From NCBI GenBank assembly GCA_009859145.1, contig VRVR01000033.1:1-64000 (forward strand): a DNA stretch of 64,000 nucleotides, in the 5' to 3' direction. The DNA is from Andalucia godoyi And28. Taxonomy: Eukaryota > Protista > Jakobida. The translations under genes and the position numbers were made by a program. Under the pieces are notes generated by a model. It was not told the origin of the DNA. It saw only the letters and a program-made list of their open reading frames with translations, and ran no database searches. Of this stretch, positions 21,331 through 30,813 are shown one piece after another (position 1 is the first letter of the stretch; each line of letters begins with the position of its first letter).

Positions 21331-23079
21331 ATGTCCTTTCAACAAGATCAGCCTGTTATTCCGAATCCGTGGAGCAGCGACACGTACTTGCAGTCGCTGT
21401 TGCATCGTTTCGTCCCAGCGGAGATACTGAGCAAGGTTGTTCCGGATTTGTCCAAGTTTGGAGATCGGTGCGTCAACCAGTTGTGGGATTTGAGTGTTGA
21501 GGCAGAGGAAAACCCGCCGTCGTTGGTCCAGTTTGATGCGTGGGGGAAACGGATCGACAAGATCGTCACGTCTAGTGCGTGGAAGCAGCTGCACGATGTG
21601 AGCGCAGAGGAAGGGATCATTGGCATCGCGTATGAATCGGAGTCATGTCCACACGCGAGAGTGCTGCAAATGGCAAAGCTCTACATGTTTAATCCGTTTT
21701 CTGCTGTGTACACGTGCCCACTGGCAATGACAGACGGCGCTGCGTATCTCATTCGCTCGATTTCTCCGCCGCACCACTCGGACTCGGTTGGAGCGATGCG
21801 CCGAGACTTTTTGCAGAAGACTGTGCTTCCGCATTTGGTTTCAAGATCTCCTGGAGGATTCTGGACTTCTGGGCAATGGATGACGGAGAAGCCAGGCGGA
21901 TCCGATGTGTCTCGCACGGAAACAATCTTCACGCAGACTGTTGGACAGCCGGATGGTACTGGTGTTCTGAACGGTTTAAAGTGGTTCACGTCGGCTACCG
22001 ACGCAGACATGGCAATGGCACTTGGACGAGAAAGTTCGGATCCCAAATTAATCTCCTTATTTTTTATATCTTTGCGAGATGATCGAAACAAGATGGTTGT
22101 GCATCGACTGAAAAACAAGTTGGGGACCAAGGCTGTGCCTACGGCAGAGCTCACGCTGCAAAACGTCCCCGCGTTCCGAGTTGGGGCCAAGGGCTCGGGG
22201 GTCCGTGAGATTGCACGGATGATCAACGTGACGCGGGTGTACAACGCGATTTCCGCAGTGGCCTTCGCAAGACACATGATTTCGTGGTTGCGTGACTATT
22301 CAACGCGTCGTGTTGTTTTCGGAAAACTGTTGACCGACCAGCCTCTGTTTAGCAAGACCATGGCGACATTGGAAGTAGAGTGGAGAGCATGCATGCAGCT
22401 GGTCTTCTTCTCTGCGACTCTTCTCGGAAAGGTCCAAGTGTTTCAGTTTGGCTTGGGTCCAAAGGACGAGCACGCGGACATGTTGCTGCGAGTTTTGACA
22501 CCGGTGATCAAGTTGTACACGGCAAAGAAGGCCATCGCAATTGTCAGCGAGGCGATTGAGGGGTTTGGGGGGCAAGGCTACATCGAGTCTGGATCGATGC
22601 CTCGGTTTCTCCGCGATTCGCAGGTGCTGAGCATTTGGGAAGGATGTACAAACGTTCTGGCCTTGGATTTGTTCCGAGCTTTACGTTCCGTGAAGTTTGA
22701 TGGCGTTGTTGTTGAATTTTGGAAAACCACAGTCGCAACTGCTGAGACGCAGATCTCCAAAAATCGCAATTTAGCGTCCACCAATCAGCAAGCCAGTGTG
22801 CAAGCAGCACTGAAGACCGTGCGATCGTCCGTCGACTCGATTGCCGCATGGTACAGGGACGGTGTCTCCGAAATTGACTATCGCGACTTTGCGTTTTCCT
22901 TTGCTTATGTGTTTGCGTCTGTGTTGTTTGTGGATCATCTAGCACAGTCGAGTGCCACTGAACTCGACGTAACGACACTTTCTGCCTGGATAGATCTTCG
23001 ACGATTTGACATGGTTACCCGGCCGACAGGAACCATCTCGGACGCTCAGCACAAGGCACTCGCTCGTTCTCGTCTGTGA
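21331..23079 (+). CDS. Acyl-CoA dehydrogenase, AidB/ACAD11-like
   Basis: ATG 21331 (MSFQQDQP). Motifs CPLAMTDGAA, GQWMTEKPGGSDV, LNGLKWFTSATD, RLKNKLGTKAVPTAE, EGFGGQGYIE and RDSQVLSIWEGCTNVLALD. Confidence 0.9.
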   Translation: MSFQQDQPVIPNPWSSDTYLQSLLHRFVPAEILSKVVPDLSKFGDRCVNQLWDLSVEAEENPPSLVQFDAWGKRIDKIVTSSAWKQLHDVSAEEGIIGIAYESESCPHARVLQMAKLYMFNPFSAVYTCPLAMTDGAAYLIRSISPPHHSDSVGAMRRDFLQKTVLPHLVSRSPGGFWTSGQWMTEKPGGSDVSRTETIFTQTVGQPDGTGVLNGLKWFTSATDADMAMALGRESSDPKLISLFFISLRDDRNKMVVHRLKNKLGTKAVPTAELTLQNVPAFRVGAKGSGVREIARMINVTRVYNAISAVAFARHMISWLRDYSTRRVVFGKLLTDQPLFSKTMATLEVEWRACMQLVFFSATLLGKVQVFQFGLGPKDEHADMLLRVLTPVIKLYTAKKAIAIVSEAIEGFGGQGYIESGSMPRFLRDSQVLSIWEGCTNVLALDLFRALRSVKFDGVVVEFWKTTVATAETQISKNRNLASTNQQASVQAALKTVRSSVDSIAAWYRDGVSEIDYRDFAFSFAYVFASVLFVDHLAQSSATELDVTTLSAWIDLRRFDMVTRPTGTISDAQHKALARSRL

Positions 23080-23131
23080 CGCGCGCGCGCGCGTGTGTGT
23101 GTGTGTGAAACTAACGACACCATTCCATTGC

Positions 23132-24277
23132 TTACCAGTACACCGGGTACTGGCGCGCCTTTTTCAAATTGTTCAAGATGATTCCGAAAACCACGAGGAC
23201 GATGCTTCCTAGCAAACATGTAAACACGACAAACACGTAGCCATATAGCTCTCGCTCCAACGCACCGCCGAGTTGAATGGCAATGAGTGCAGTCGAGCAC
23301 GCAGGGGGGTGCATGATACGAAGGATTTGCATGACTGCGGCAGTGAGAGCCACTGCAGAAGCGGCGAATAATGGATACCAGCTGCTGCCGAAACCATAGA
23401 GCTGGTCCGGATTGATCCAAATGAGCAAGACTCGAATGGTGTTGCCAATGAAAGCCGCGATCGTGTGCGACAGAATGACTGATCGAGGTTGAGCATTTGC
23501 GTTGGCTGGATTCGCGAAAATCAGCGCCGCAGAAGACGCGAAGCTCCCTGTCATTAAGCTTTCGGGAAAGATGTTCCACGAGAAGAACGACAAGGTGAAC
23601 AATGCGAGGATCATCACGACGAACGTGAACCAAATCTCGCTTTTTGGCGGACTTCCAGGAGGTTTCTGCCCTGGAATGCCCTTCAGCTTCTCCAGATAAA
23701 TCATTGTCGGAAACACACCGTACTTCCACCACCAAACATTCTCATTCGCGGGCCGGGGAATCTTTGGTATAATGATTCGGACTCGAGGGACATAGGTCGA
23801 CAGCGAATGTTTCAACTTTGCAAACTTTTCCACGACATAGTGCTTGGGCTTTCTGCGATGTGCCTTGTGATGCCCATGAACCCCAACGGCTTGCATGTCC
23901 GAATGGGCGCTCGAGTCGTTGTCGCCCTGAGGCTGTTCCGACTGCTGCTCGATATCGCCAGACTGGTGGTGTGAATGCGCATGACGAGGCGATTCATCAT
24001 CGAAACTCGACAACTCGGTCATCATTAACGATCCGTTGTGTCGGTGTCCGTGTCCGTGTCCGCGATCATGATCATGATCATGGGAGTATCCTTGTGACGG
24101 TGATTGAGCATGTGCATGGCCGTATGTGTGGCCGTATGCGTGTGCATGGTCGGAGCGTACGCTTGGAGGTGACTGAACACTCGAAGCAGAAACCTGAGGA
24201 GACTCCATGTCGCCTATTGCATCAGCGGACGAAGAAGTATGCGACGCAGATTCTTCAGCGGGTATGGAAACACGCAT
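23132..24277 (-). CDS. HPP-family membrane protein with His-rich N-terminal extension
   Basis: GSFASSAALIF..NAQPRSVILSH and the signature MHPPACSTAL; the N-terminus contains HAHAYGHTYGHAHA..HDHDHDRGHGHGHRH. Confidence 0.85.
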   Translation of the reverse strand: MRVSIPAEESASHTSSSADAIGDMESPQVSASSVQSPPSVRSDHAHAYGHTYGHAHAQSPSQGYSHDHDHDRGHGHGHRHNGSLMMTELSSFDDESPRHAHSHHQSGDIEQQSEQPQGDNDSSAHSDMQAVGVHGHHKAHRRKPKHYVVEKFAKLKHSLSTYVPRVRIIIPKIPRPANENVWWWKYGVFPTMIYLEKLKGIPGQKPPGSPPKSEIWFTFVVMILALFTLSFFSWNIFPESLMTGSFASSAALIFANPANANAQPRSVILSHTIAAFIGNTIRVLLIWINPDQLYGFGSSWYPLFAASAVALTAAVMQILRIMHPPACSTALIAIQLGGALERELYGYVFVVFTCLLGSIVLVVFGIILNNLKKARQYPVYW

Positions 24278-24684
24278 TCCTATACGCCCTTTGGGAAAAA
24301 CCACTTCAGAATGTGCAGCACCAAATAAAAATTAAAAAATTAAAAAAACAACGCTCCAATCAAATGAAAACGAGAAACGAAACGAAAATCAAATAAAAGC
24401 GTTGTTCGGCCAAATACAGACCCAGAAGGGCGAACAGAAGTGCCTCGCCGTGCAGGCAGACTCCGTTTGGGGACTGCTCAGGCTACAGCGTGCAGCATGC
24501 AGCAAGCAGCACGCGTAGGTGTGATGCTTCTCATTTGATGCTACCGTAATTCATGATCTGTTTGTTCTTGTGTGGTGTCTTCCTTTCACAGGCTTTCATT
24601 CCTTCTTCCTTACTCTATTTATGTATGTGCATATGACTACTGGTTTCCGCCACGCTAACTCCGAGGGAAATCACACATGCATGG

Positions 24685-25452
24685 ATGGCTTCCTTGTCGC
24701 TGTGGATCCTAGCGCAGCGGTGCGGGTGGTTCGGTGTGTTTACGATTCTGGGGTACCTTCTAGGTAAGAGGCGTTGGTTGGTGCTTTCGAAAGACTATGC
24801 GGTTCTTCGAGACGAGTACGATCGAGTGGGTACTGAGCTGAGTGTTGTCGCAGGGCAGTTTCAGACGGAGCGCAAGTTGGTCCATTCGCTTTCGATTGCA
24901 AATCAGCAGCTGCAGCAAACAACAAGAGCTCTTGAAGTCAAGGTGGAGTTGAAAGTCCAGGAACTGCAGGCGCGCGATTCACACATTCAGCAACTTGGGG
25001 TCGAGCACCAGTCACTTCAGTCCCGCATTGAAAAGCTTGACGACACCGTCAGAGAGCGAGATTCCACAATTGAAGCGAAAGACAAGGAAATCACAGAGTG
25101 CAAGGATGCTATTCGATCGTTAGAGAGATCCGTCCAGGACCTGCAACTTGTAGTTTCCGGAAAGGACAGCGAGCTCAAGAAGGCCGCACATACGATCCAA
25201 AAGGCCCATCGGATTAACCAAGTGTTCATGTACACTCTGGAGAAGTGTGCTCCGGACGTGGCTCGGCGAGTGGCTGATATCCAGCATGCCGACCTTGCAC
25301 AAGTCGAGAACTGGGTCGCTTCATCTGCGATGAATCTAGCATTTCCGCCTACCGCTGCGATCTCCGCGACCTCCACCACCGCCTCGTCGTCTGTACCACA
25401 TCCTGTGACTTCTTCGACAATGACTCTTGCTCCGGCGATCGTGCCAGCGTGA
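24685..25452 (+). CDS. Hypothetical coiled-coil protein with N-terminal hydrophobic anchor
   Basis: 255-aa ORF from ATG with a heptad-rich middle region and the hydrophobic stretch WFGVFTILGYLLG followed by KRR. Confidence 0.7.
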   Translation: MASLSLWILAQRCGWFGVFTILGYLLGKRRWLVLSKDYAVLRDEYDRVGTELSVVAGQFQTERKLVHSLSIANQQLQQTTRALEVKVELKVQELQARDSHIQQLGVEHQSLQSRIEKLDDTVRERDSTIEAKDKEITECKDAIRSLERSVQDLQLVVSGKDSELKKAAHTIQKAHRINQVFMYTLEKCAPDVARRVADIQHADLAQVENWVASSAMNLAFPPTAAISATSTTASSSVPHPVTSSTMTLAPAIVPA

Positions 25453-25613
25453 ACATCGAAATTCTCCAATTCAAAGAGCACGACAGAAAACGTTTGGTGT
25501 TGAACGGACACGTAAAACAGTGTTTACATCATCAGAAGAAGAAGGGGAAAATAAACGCACAGCCACATCCCTCGCATTGACGCAACAACAACCATCAGAC
25601 CACTGCAAGCGGA

Positions 25614-26243
25614 TCACTTGAATGACAAGAGCTCGACATCGAACACAAGAGTAGCCTTGGGAGGAATGACTCCAGGGAATCCCCGGTCGCCGTACGCGTA
25701 GTCGGATGAGCAGGTCAAGGTGGCGCGCTCGCCAAGAGACATCTGCAAAACACCTTCGTCCCATCCCTTGATAACCTGGCCCATCCCAATGCGGAACGTA
25801 AACGGTTGGCCACGATCACGAGACGAGTCAAACTTCTTTCCGTCGGTCAGAGTTCCCTGCACATGTCGTAATTACAAATTAAAACAATAAAAGTAAACAT
25901 TAATAACTGAAAATAAATCAGCAAGGAGTGAGCGAGATTCTCATCACACAGAATCTCGCGAGGGCGGAACGGAAAAATCAACAAGAATTCATACAGTGTA
26001 GTGAACCTATACGAGACACGGAAAATTGGAAGGGCAGCCGATTTAATGAGAACCGTTAAATGAATATGAATGTTAAAAAATATATAAACATTAATTACAT
26101 ATATATATTAAAACAATGAGCAATTTCTATGGATACATAGAAAACTCGAATTTTCTTTGAAAGTGACAAACCGTGACATCCTGTCCCTTTGAAGGGAAGT
26201 TCTTGCCGTCGCCGGGCTTAGTAACTGCTCTCTCAACTCCCAT
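25614..26243 (-). CDS. FKBP12: FKBP12 peptidyl-prolyl isomerase; exons 26243-26172, 26006-25995 and 25856-25614
   Basis: Splicing at GT..AG junctions gives 108 aa: [24 protein letters not shown]|VHYT|[47 protein letters not shown]. Confidence 0.93.
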
Positions 26244-26467
26244 TAGTACTACTCGTGTTGCACGAAACATTCAACAAAAACAAAGAAGGAAAGAATCCAA
26301 GAAGCTAAAAACGCAAATGCAGATGCAAAGCATGTCGCGTAGACACTGGGAAGCGTGTCGAGTGGGAGGGAGCCGCTCGTCGAGAAGCGGCTGTCATTCA
26401 AGTGTCAGTCCAGATTCGCTGACACGCTGGTTTATTAGCCACTGACCATATCCAATACCAGTATTTA

Positions 26468-26920
26468 CCCTCCAACCCAAGCGTCTCCCAAACATTCGGC
26501 TCGGATGCTGCGCCTCAGACAGATGTTTTTGGCGTAAAGTAGCCTTTGCAATCCGCATCAGCGCCCATAAACCCGAATGCATGTCGCTAATGTTGCAGCT
26601 CCCCGTTAAAGGCTGAAGCGGAGGACGCCCGATGTCAGCGTCAGGCGAGCAGTCATATTCCCTCACACAGCCATTTTGCAAGCTTATGATGCATTCCCGT
26701 CGTCAGATTGCGGATCTGCTGATGTATTCGCAATCACGCGCCTCTTGTCGAGCGGGGCTTCGTTCTGGTCCCGCATGACACCTGGCTGTGGAATGCGCAG
26801 ATTAAAAAGCGACTCGGCCTCATTCGTTGGATTCGCATGTCGTAGATTGAATGATTCTTCATTGCTTCAGAATTGCTGTTGAGTATCAGACCGTCGGCCA
26901 CCAGCTCAAGGTAGACAATT
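26468..26920 (-). pseudogene. Fanzor2/IS607-type relic copy D (internally deleted, with the longest omegaRNA-like tail)
   Basis: Minus frames give YDMRIQRMRPSRFLIC/RIP..RDQNEAPLDKRRVIA, breaking just before LDPG, then HQQIRNLTTGMHHKLAKWLCE (26715-26662). The non-coding tail 26633-26468 is homologous to copies A, B and C. Confidence 0.8.
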
Positions 26921-27073
26921 ATTGTGCAAAAGGAGACCAGATTGGCGACAGCTGCGGCTGCAATGAAAGGACATGAAAAAGGAAGGGGGAAAATTCCCCC
27001 CGACAATGGTATGCGTTTTTTACATAAGTTAAACCACGTATCGTCAAAGCCCTGCAGATCTGATCGCATAGAA

Positions 27074-27123
27074 ACACACACACACACACACACATACACA
27101 CACGCACACACACACACACACAC
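27074..27123. repeat. (CA)n microsatellite
   Basis: About 25 nearly perfect CA units. Confidence 0.95.
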
Positions 27124-27126
27124 GGG

Positions 27127-27906
27127 TTAGCAAGACAGCAGTTCCAGTTCTTTGTACACAAGCTCCATGAGCTCGAGGGATGCTGACAGCACCTCGATAG
27201 ACACGGACTCTCCATCCTCCGACACCTGAAACGACCGGAAGGCGACATGCATGCATCCAGACTCGTCTCGGAATGCGACAATTGCGTCCGGGAGAGGAAC
27301 GGCATCTGCAGGTCGTATCCGCAGCAACCGTCGCAACAAATCCACCTTGATCGCAACAGGTTCGTTGCGTTTCACACTCAAAGATGATGCAGGGAGCTGC
27401 GCTGCGGAAGTCGGAGTCCACGTGTACAGTGCATACACGCCGAATTCAGCACAGGTTGCAAGCAGATTCCCGGTTCCAGGAGACGGAAACCGTGCGGAAA
27501 CTATTACATTCGCACGAGTTCCACTCGGGATCGCTACGTTTAGCAGCGTTTTCCATGTCGATCCAGCGCCGAGTTCTGCCGGGACATCCATGGACCAACT
27601 GGGAGAGACGAATTCAAGGGAGGCAACGCGTATGGAAACCTCGGGTTCGGTGACACTTGCGCTGACTGTGACACTGGGGATCGAGAATTTGGACCGGTTT
27701 TGCACGGATATGGAGAAGACGCAGCCTTGAATGTGCTGAATGCGGATCAAAATGCCTTGAACCAGCAGCTGCTCCATTACGGTGTTGAACTGCTGGACAA
27801 CTTGCTGCGTGGACGACAGATTTTGGGCCAACTGAGAATAAGCATGTGCAAAATTCGACTGCAAACTACCGAGTACCCCGGCTAGGTTCTCGAGTTGCTG
27901 CGCCAT
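27127..27906 (-). CDS. Hypothetical protein (N-terminal helix followed by a predicted beta-rich region)
   Basis: 259-aa ORF from ATG 27906 (MAQQLENL), preceded by a pyrimidine-rich UTR; no family recognised. Confidence 0.65.
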   Translation of the reverse strand: MAQQLENLAGVLGSLQSNFAHAYSQLAQNLSSTQQVVQQFNTVMEQLLVQGILIRIQHIQGCVFSISVQNRSKFSIPSVTVSASVTEPEVSIRVASLEFVSPSWSMDVPAELGAGSTWKTLLNVAIPSGTRANVIVSARFPSPGTGNLLATCAEFGVYALYTWTPTSAAQLPASSLSVKRNEPVAIKVDLLRRLLRIRPADAVPLPDAIVAFRDESGCMHVAFRSFQVSEDGESVSIEVLSASLELMELVYKELELLSC

Positions 27907-28303
27907 TTCCACCCACAGTTCTGCCTCCTTTTCTGTTTCCTTCTCCTGCTTCTGCTTCTGCTTCTGCTTCTGCTTCTGCTTCTGTTCCTTTTTCGTTTCC
28001 GTTTTTTAGAAAGATGGCAACGCGTCGTTTCTTGTCACGCAGCTCGTCTGCAAAAAGGCGGCGAAAGAGGAGGAAGCAGTCATCTACGGTGCTCGATGCC
28101 TTGTGTCTTCATTTGCCTGCAAGCAGAAAAGGTGAAAAGGGACGAAAAACGAACAGTGGTTCTCAACAACAAAAAAAAAAAAAAATGCTGTCCGCACGTG
28201 AACATAAATAAACCAATAAAAATATGTCATTTAAATATGTACGTATGTATGTGTGTATATACAGAGCAAGTAAAATGCAAGCTGCGCGCGCGGGACAGGA
28301 CGA

Positions 28304-30133
28304 TCACGTGATCCACTTGGAATCTGAAACGAGCTGTTCGGAATCCTGGAAATACGAACTTGAGTGGTGGTCATAGGGAGGTGGCGGCGCATACTCGGCG
28401 GTGTACCGGTTTCCGGTGTTGGAAGACGGGTATCGCTGCGAAACGTCTCTTCGAGCAACAGAAGTCCCGCCGTTTGCATACTCTCTAAGAACGGCATCGA
28501 CGGCTTCTCCACGATCCACACGTTCTCCGACTCTCCGCAATGCAACAATGCGATCCTCGTTCCGTTCACGAATGTGCTGAACAGTAGTCGGCGGATGAGA
28601 CGCAGATTTGTGGGGCTTGTGCGTTACACTGCGCCGCGGAGCCTGATACTCATAGTCATCAATGTACTCTTCTTCGTCATCTTCATCGTAATACCTTGCA
28701 GGACGCCTCGGCTGCGGTGGGGATGTCTTTTGCTTCGCCAAGTATTCCACCATGTGGCTCTGCAGAGAATCACGTTCAATCTCTTTTCTTCTCATTTCTG
28801 AGAGCAGCTTTTTGGACTCGTCATCCTTTTGCTCAATCACGGATTCGAGTCTCCGGCGCTCTTCCGCCAACTTCATCTCGAACGTCTTCTGCTGGTTGGC
28901 AAGAAGAATCATGTACTCCGAGCGGAACCTGTCCAATTCATCATTGCGCGATGGAGTCGGCAGTACTGCAGGCTGCGGCTGCATGGCATTGAACATCGAA
29001 GGAGGAGATGGATTCACTGCAGTCGGCGGATTCGTATACTGCTGCTGGTGCTGTGGTTGGTGCTGTGGTTGGTGTGACTGTGGCTGTGGATATTGTTGAT
29101 GTGGCTGCGGTAACGGTGGAGGAGGGAATGATTTTGAAGCAGGAGGAGGTGGCTCAGGGTATTGCTGGTTGCCGGAACCCGGATCCGAATCATACGAAGC
29201 CTCGAAGCGGTTCGCGACATGCCTTTGATACTTCAGGCCTTTTTGAAGCCTCTCAAGTTCCAAGTCTGTCATGTCGGCCATATCGGACCGCGTTCTCGAG
29301 GACTGCATCGGCTGTTGAAACTGATCTATCAAATGATTCTGATTCCGATGGTGATTTGGACCGCTGTTCTGATTATTGTTCAGGTTGCTGGACGGCCGAT
29401 GCAACACCGACTGCGGAGGCGACCCGCCGAATCCCGGGCTTGTCGAAGGAGCGCTGTACACATACTTGGCCTGGCTTGGATTATGAAACTCACTCTGCCC
29501 CTGCCCCTGCCCCTGCCCCTGATGCTCATTGCTGATCTGCTGCTGCACCGATATTCTCCATCTCTCTTCTTCTCTGCGCTCCAGCTCCTCTCTTCTCATT
29601 TTCTCTTCTCTCTTTTTCGATTCCTTTTCCTCGACTTGTCTCCGAAGAACCTCCTGAAGCTCCATCTGTTCCTTTTTCTTGCGAACGTGTTCTGCTTGCG
29701 AAACCGGGTCCAGTCTCGAAAACTGAAACCGCGCAAAATTCGGACTTCCATTTGCATTTCCGCCTCCGCTCCCGTTCCCCGGAGAAACATTCGGCGGCGA
29801 TGAACTGTATCCATTCATTACATTTCCGTTGGAATACGGATTCGCATACGACCCACTCGACGGGTGGCTGATTGCAGCACCATAGGATCCAAATGGGGGC
29901 GATTGACGCTGCGGCGCATACCCGCCGCCCTCTGGACCGGAAGAATAGCCCCCGCCACCACCACCGCCATACCCATGTTGAGGAGGACTGGCTATTGGCT
30001 GCAATGGAGGCTGCATATTGAAATAATCGGATGGCGAAGTGTACGGTTTTGGCGGATAGCTCGAGAAGGAGACATCGCGCTCTTCCTGGCCGATCTTAGG
30101 CGAGATGTCTTGTCGCCGCCGAAATCGAGACAT
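28304..30133 (-). CDS. Pro/Gln-rich protein with CCDC66/CSPP-like coiled-coil motif
   Basis: ATG 30133 (MSRFRRRQD). KKKEQMELQEVLRRQVEEKESKKREEK..EEERW resembles the CCDC66 domain. Confidence 0.65.
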   Translation of the reverse strand: MSRFRRRQDISPKIGQEERDVSFSSYPPKPYTSPSDYFNMQPPLQPIASPPQHGYGGGGGGGYSSGPEGGGYAPQRQSPPFGSYGAAISHPSSGSYANPYSNGNVMNGYSSSPPNVSPGNGSGGGNANGSPNFARFQFSRLDPVSQAEHVRKKKEQMELQEVLRRQVEEKESKKREEKMRREELERREEERWRISVQQQISNEHQGQGQGQGQSEFHNPSQAKYVYSAPSTSPGFGGSPPQSVLHRPSSNLNNNQNSGPNHHRNQNHLIDQFQQPMQSSRTRSDMADMTDLELERLQKGLKYQRHVANRFEASYDSDPGSGNQQYPEPPPPASKSFPPPPLPQPHQQYPQPQSHQPQHQPQHQQQYTNPPTAVNPSPPSMFNAMQPQPAVLPTPSRNDELDRFRSEYMILLANQQKTFEMKLAEERRRLESVIEQKDDESKKLLSEMRRKEIERDSLQSHMVEYLAKQKTSPPQPRRPARYYDEDDEEEYIDDYEYQAPRRSVTHKPHKSASHPPTTVQHIRERNEDRIVALRRVGERVDRGEAVDAVLREYANGGTSVARRDVSQRYPSSNTGNRYTAEYAPPPPYDHHSSSYFQDSEQLVSDSKWIT

Positions 30134-30813
30134 GTCTTTCTTATTTTTTTTCTTGCTTCTTCTTACTCTTTTTCCCTCCGACGGCTGTGTGTCGATAATT
30201 TTTGCAAGGCCTGGGACAGATATATGGATATGAGCTTCTTTTGCGAGGGCTGTAAACGGCGATTCGCAATGCACACTTGGTCGGAAAATATGTCGGAAAA
30301 TACAAACACGAAAAGACCGAATCAGCAATTCAGCACATCAATCGGACGGGAACAGACTGGGTGAAACTTTAACGTTGATTGTGGAATGCGATGGCAGATC
30401 ACAGTAAAAATCTTCACAACAAGTTGACTCGCCGAAAGGGATGAAACGATTCCTTCATTTGACATTTCGTCTTGCTCGGACGAAAGGCTCCAGGGAAAAC
30501 TGATTCGAAAAAACGGGCGTTAGGAAAAAAATGCATCTACAGCAGATGACGAAGAGAAAAAGAACGGAAACGACCAGAGAGAACCAGCCAACTCGAGCAT
30601 GGAGCCCCTCCGACGAAAGCACGGCGTAGCGTGCTTCGCAAAGGATGTACTAAGCCTGTCAAGTTGCTTCGTGTCCCGCCTCGCCGAAACTCTCGTTGCG
30701 ACAGACAGAAAGGATTGGGGGTGTGTGTGTGTGTGCACGGCAGCTGGTCAGGAAAACAAGCAGGGAAGGTAATAACTGTACATAAGAAACTGGGGAAAAA
30801 CGAAATGACGATT

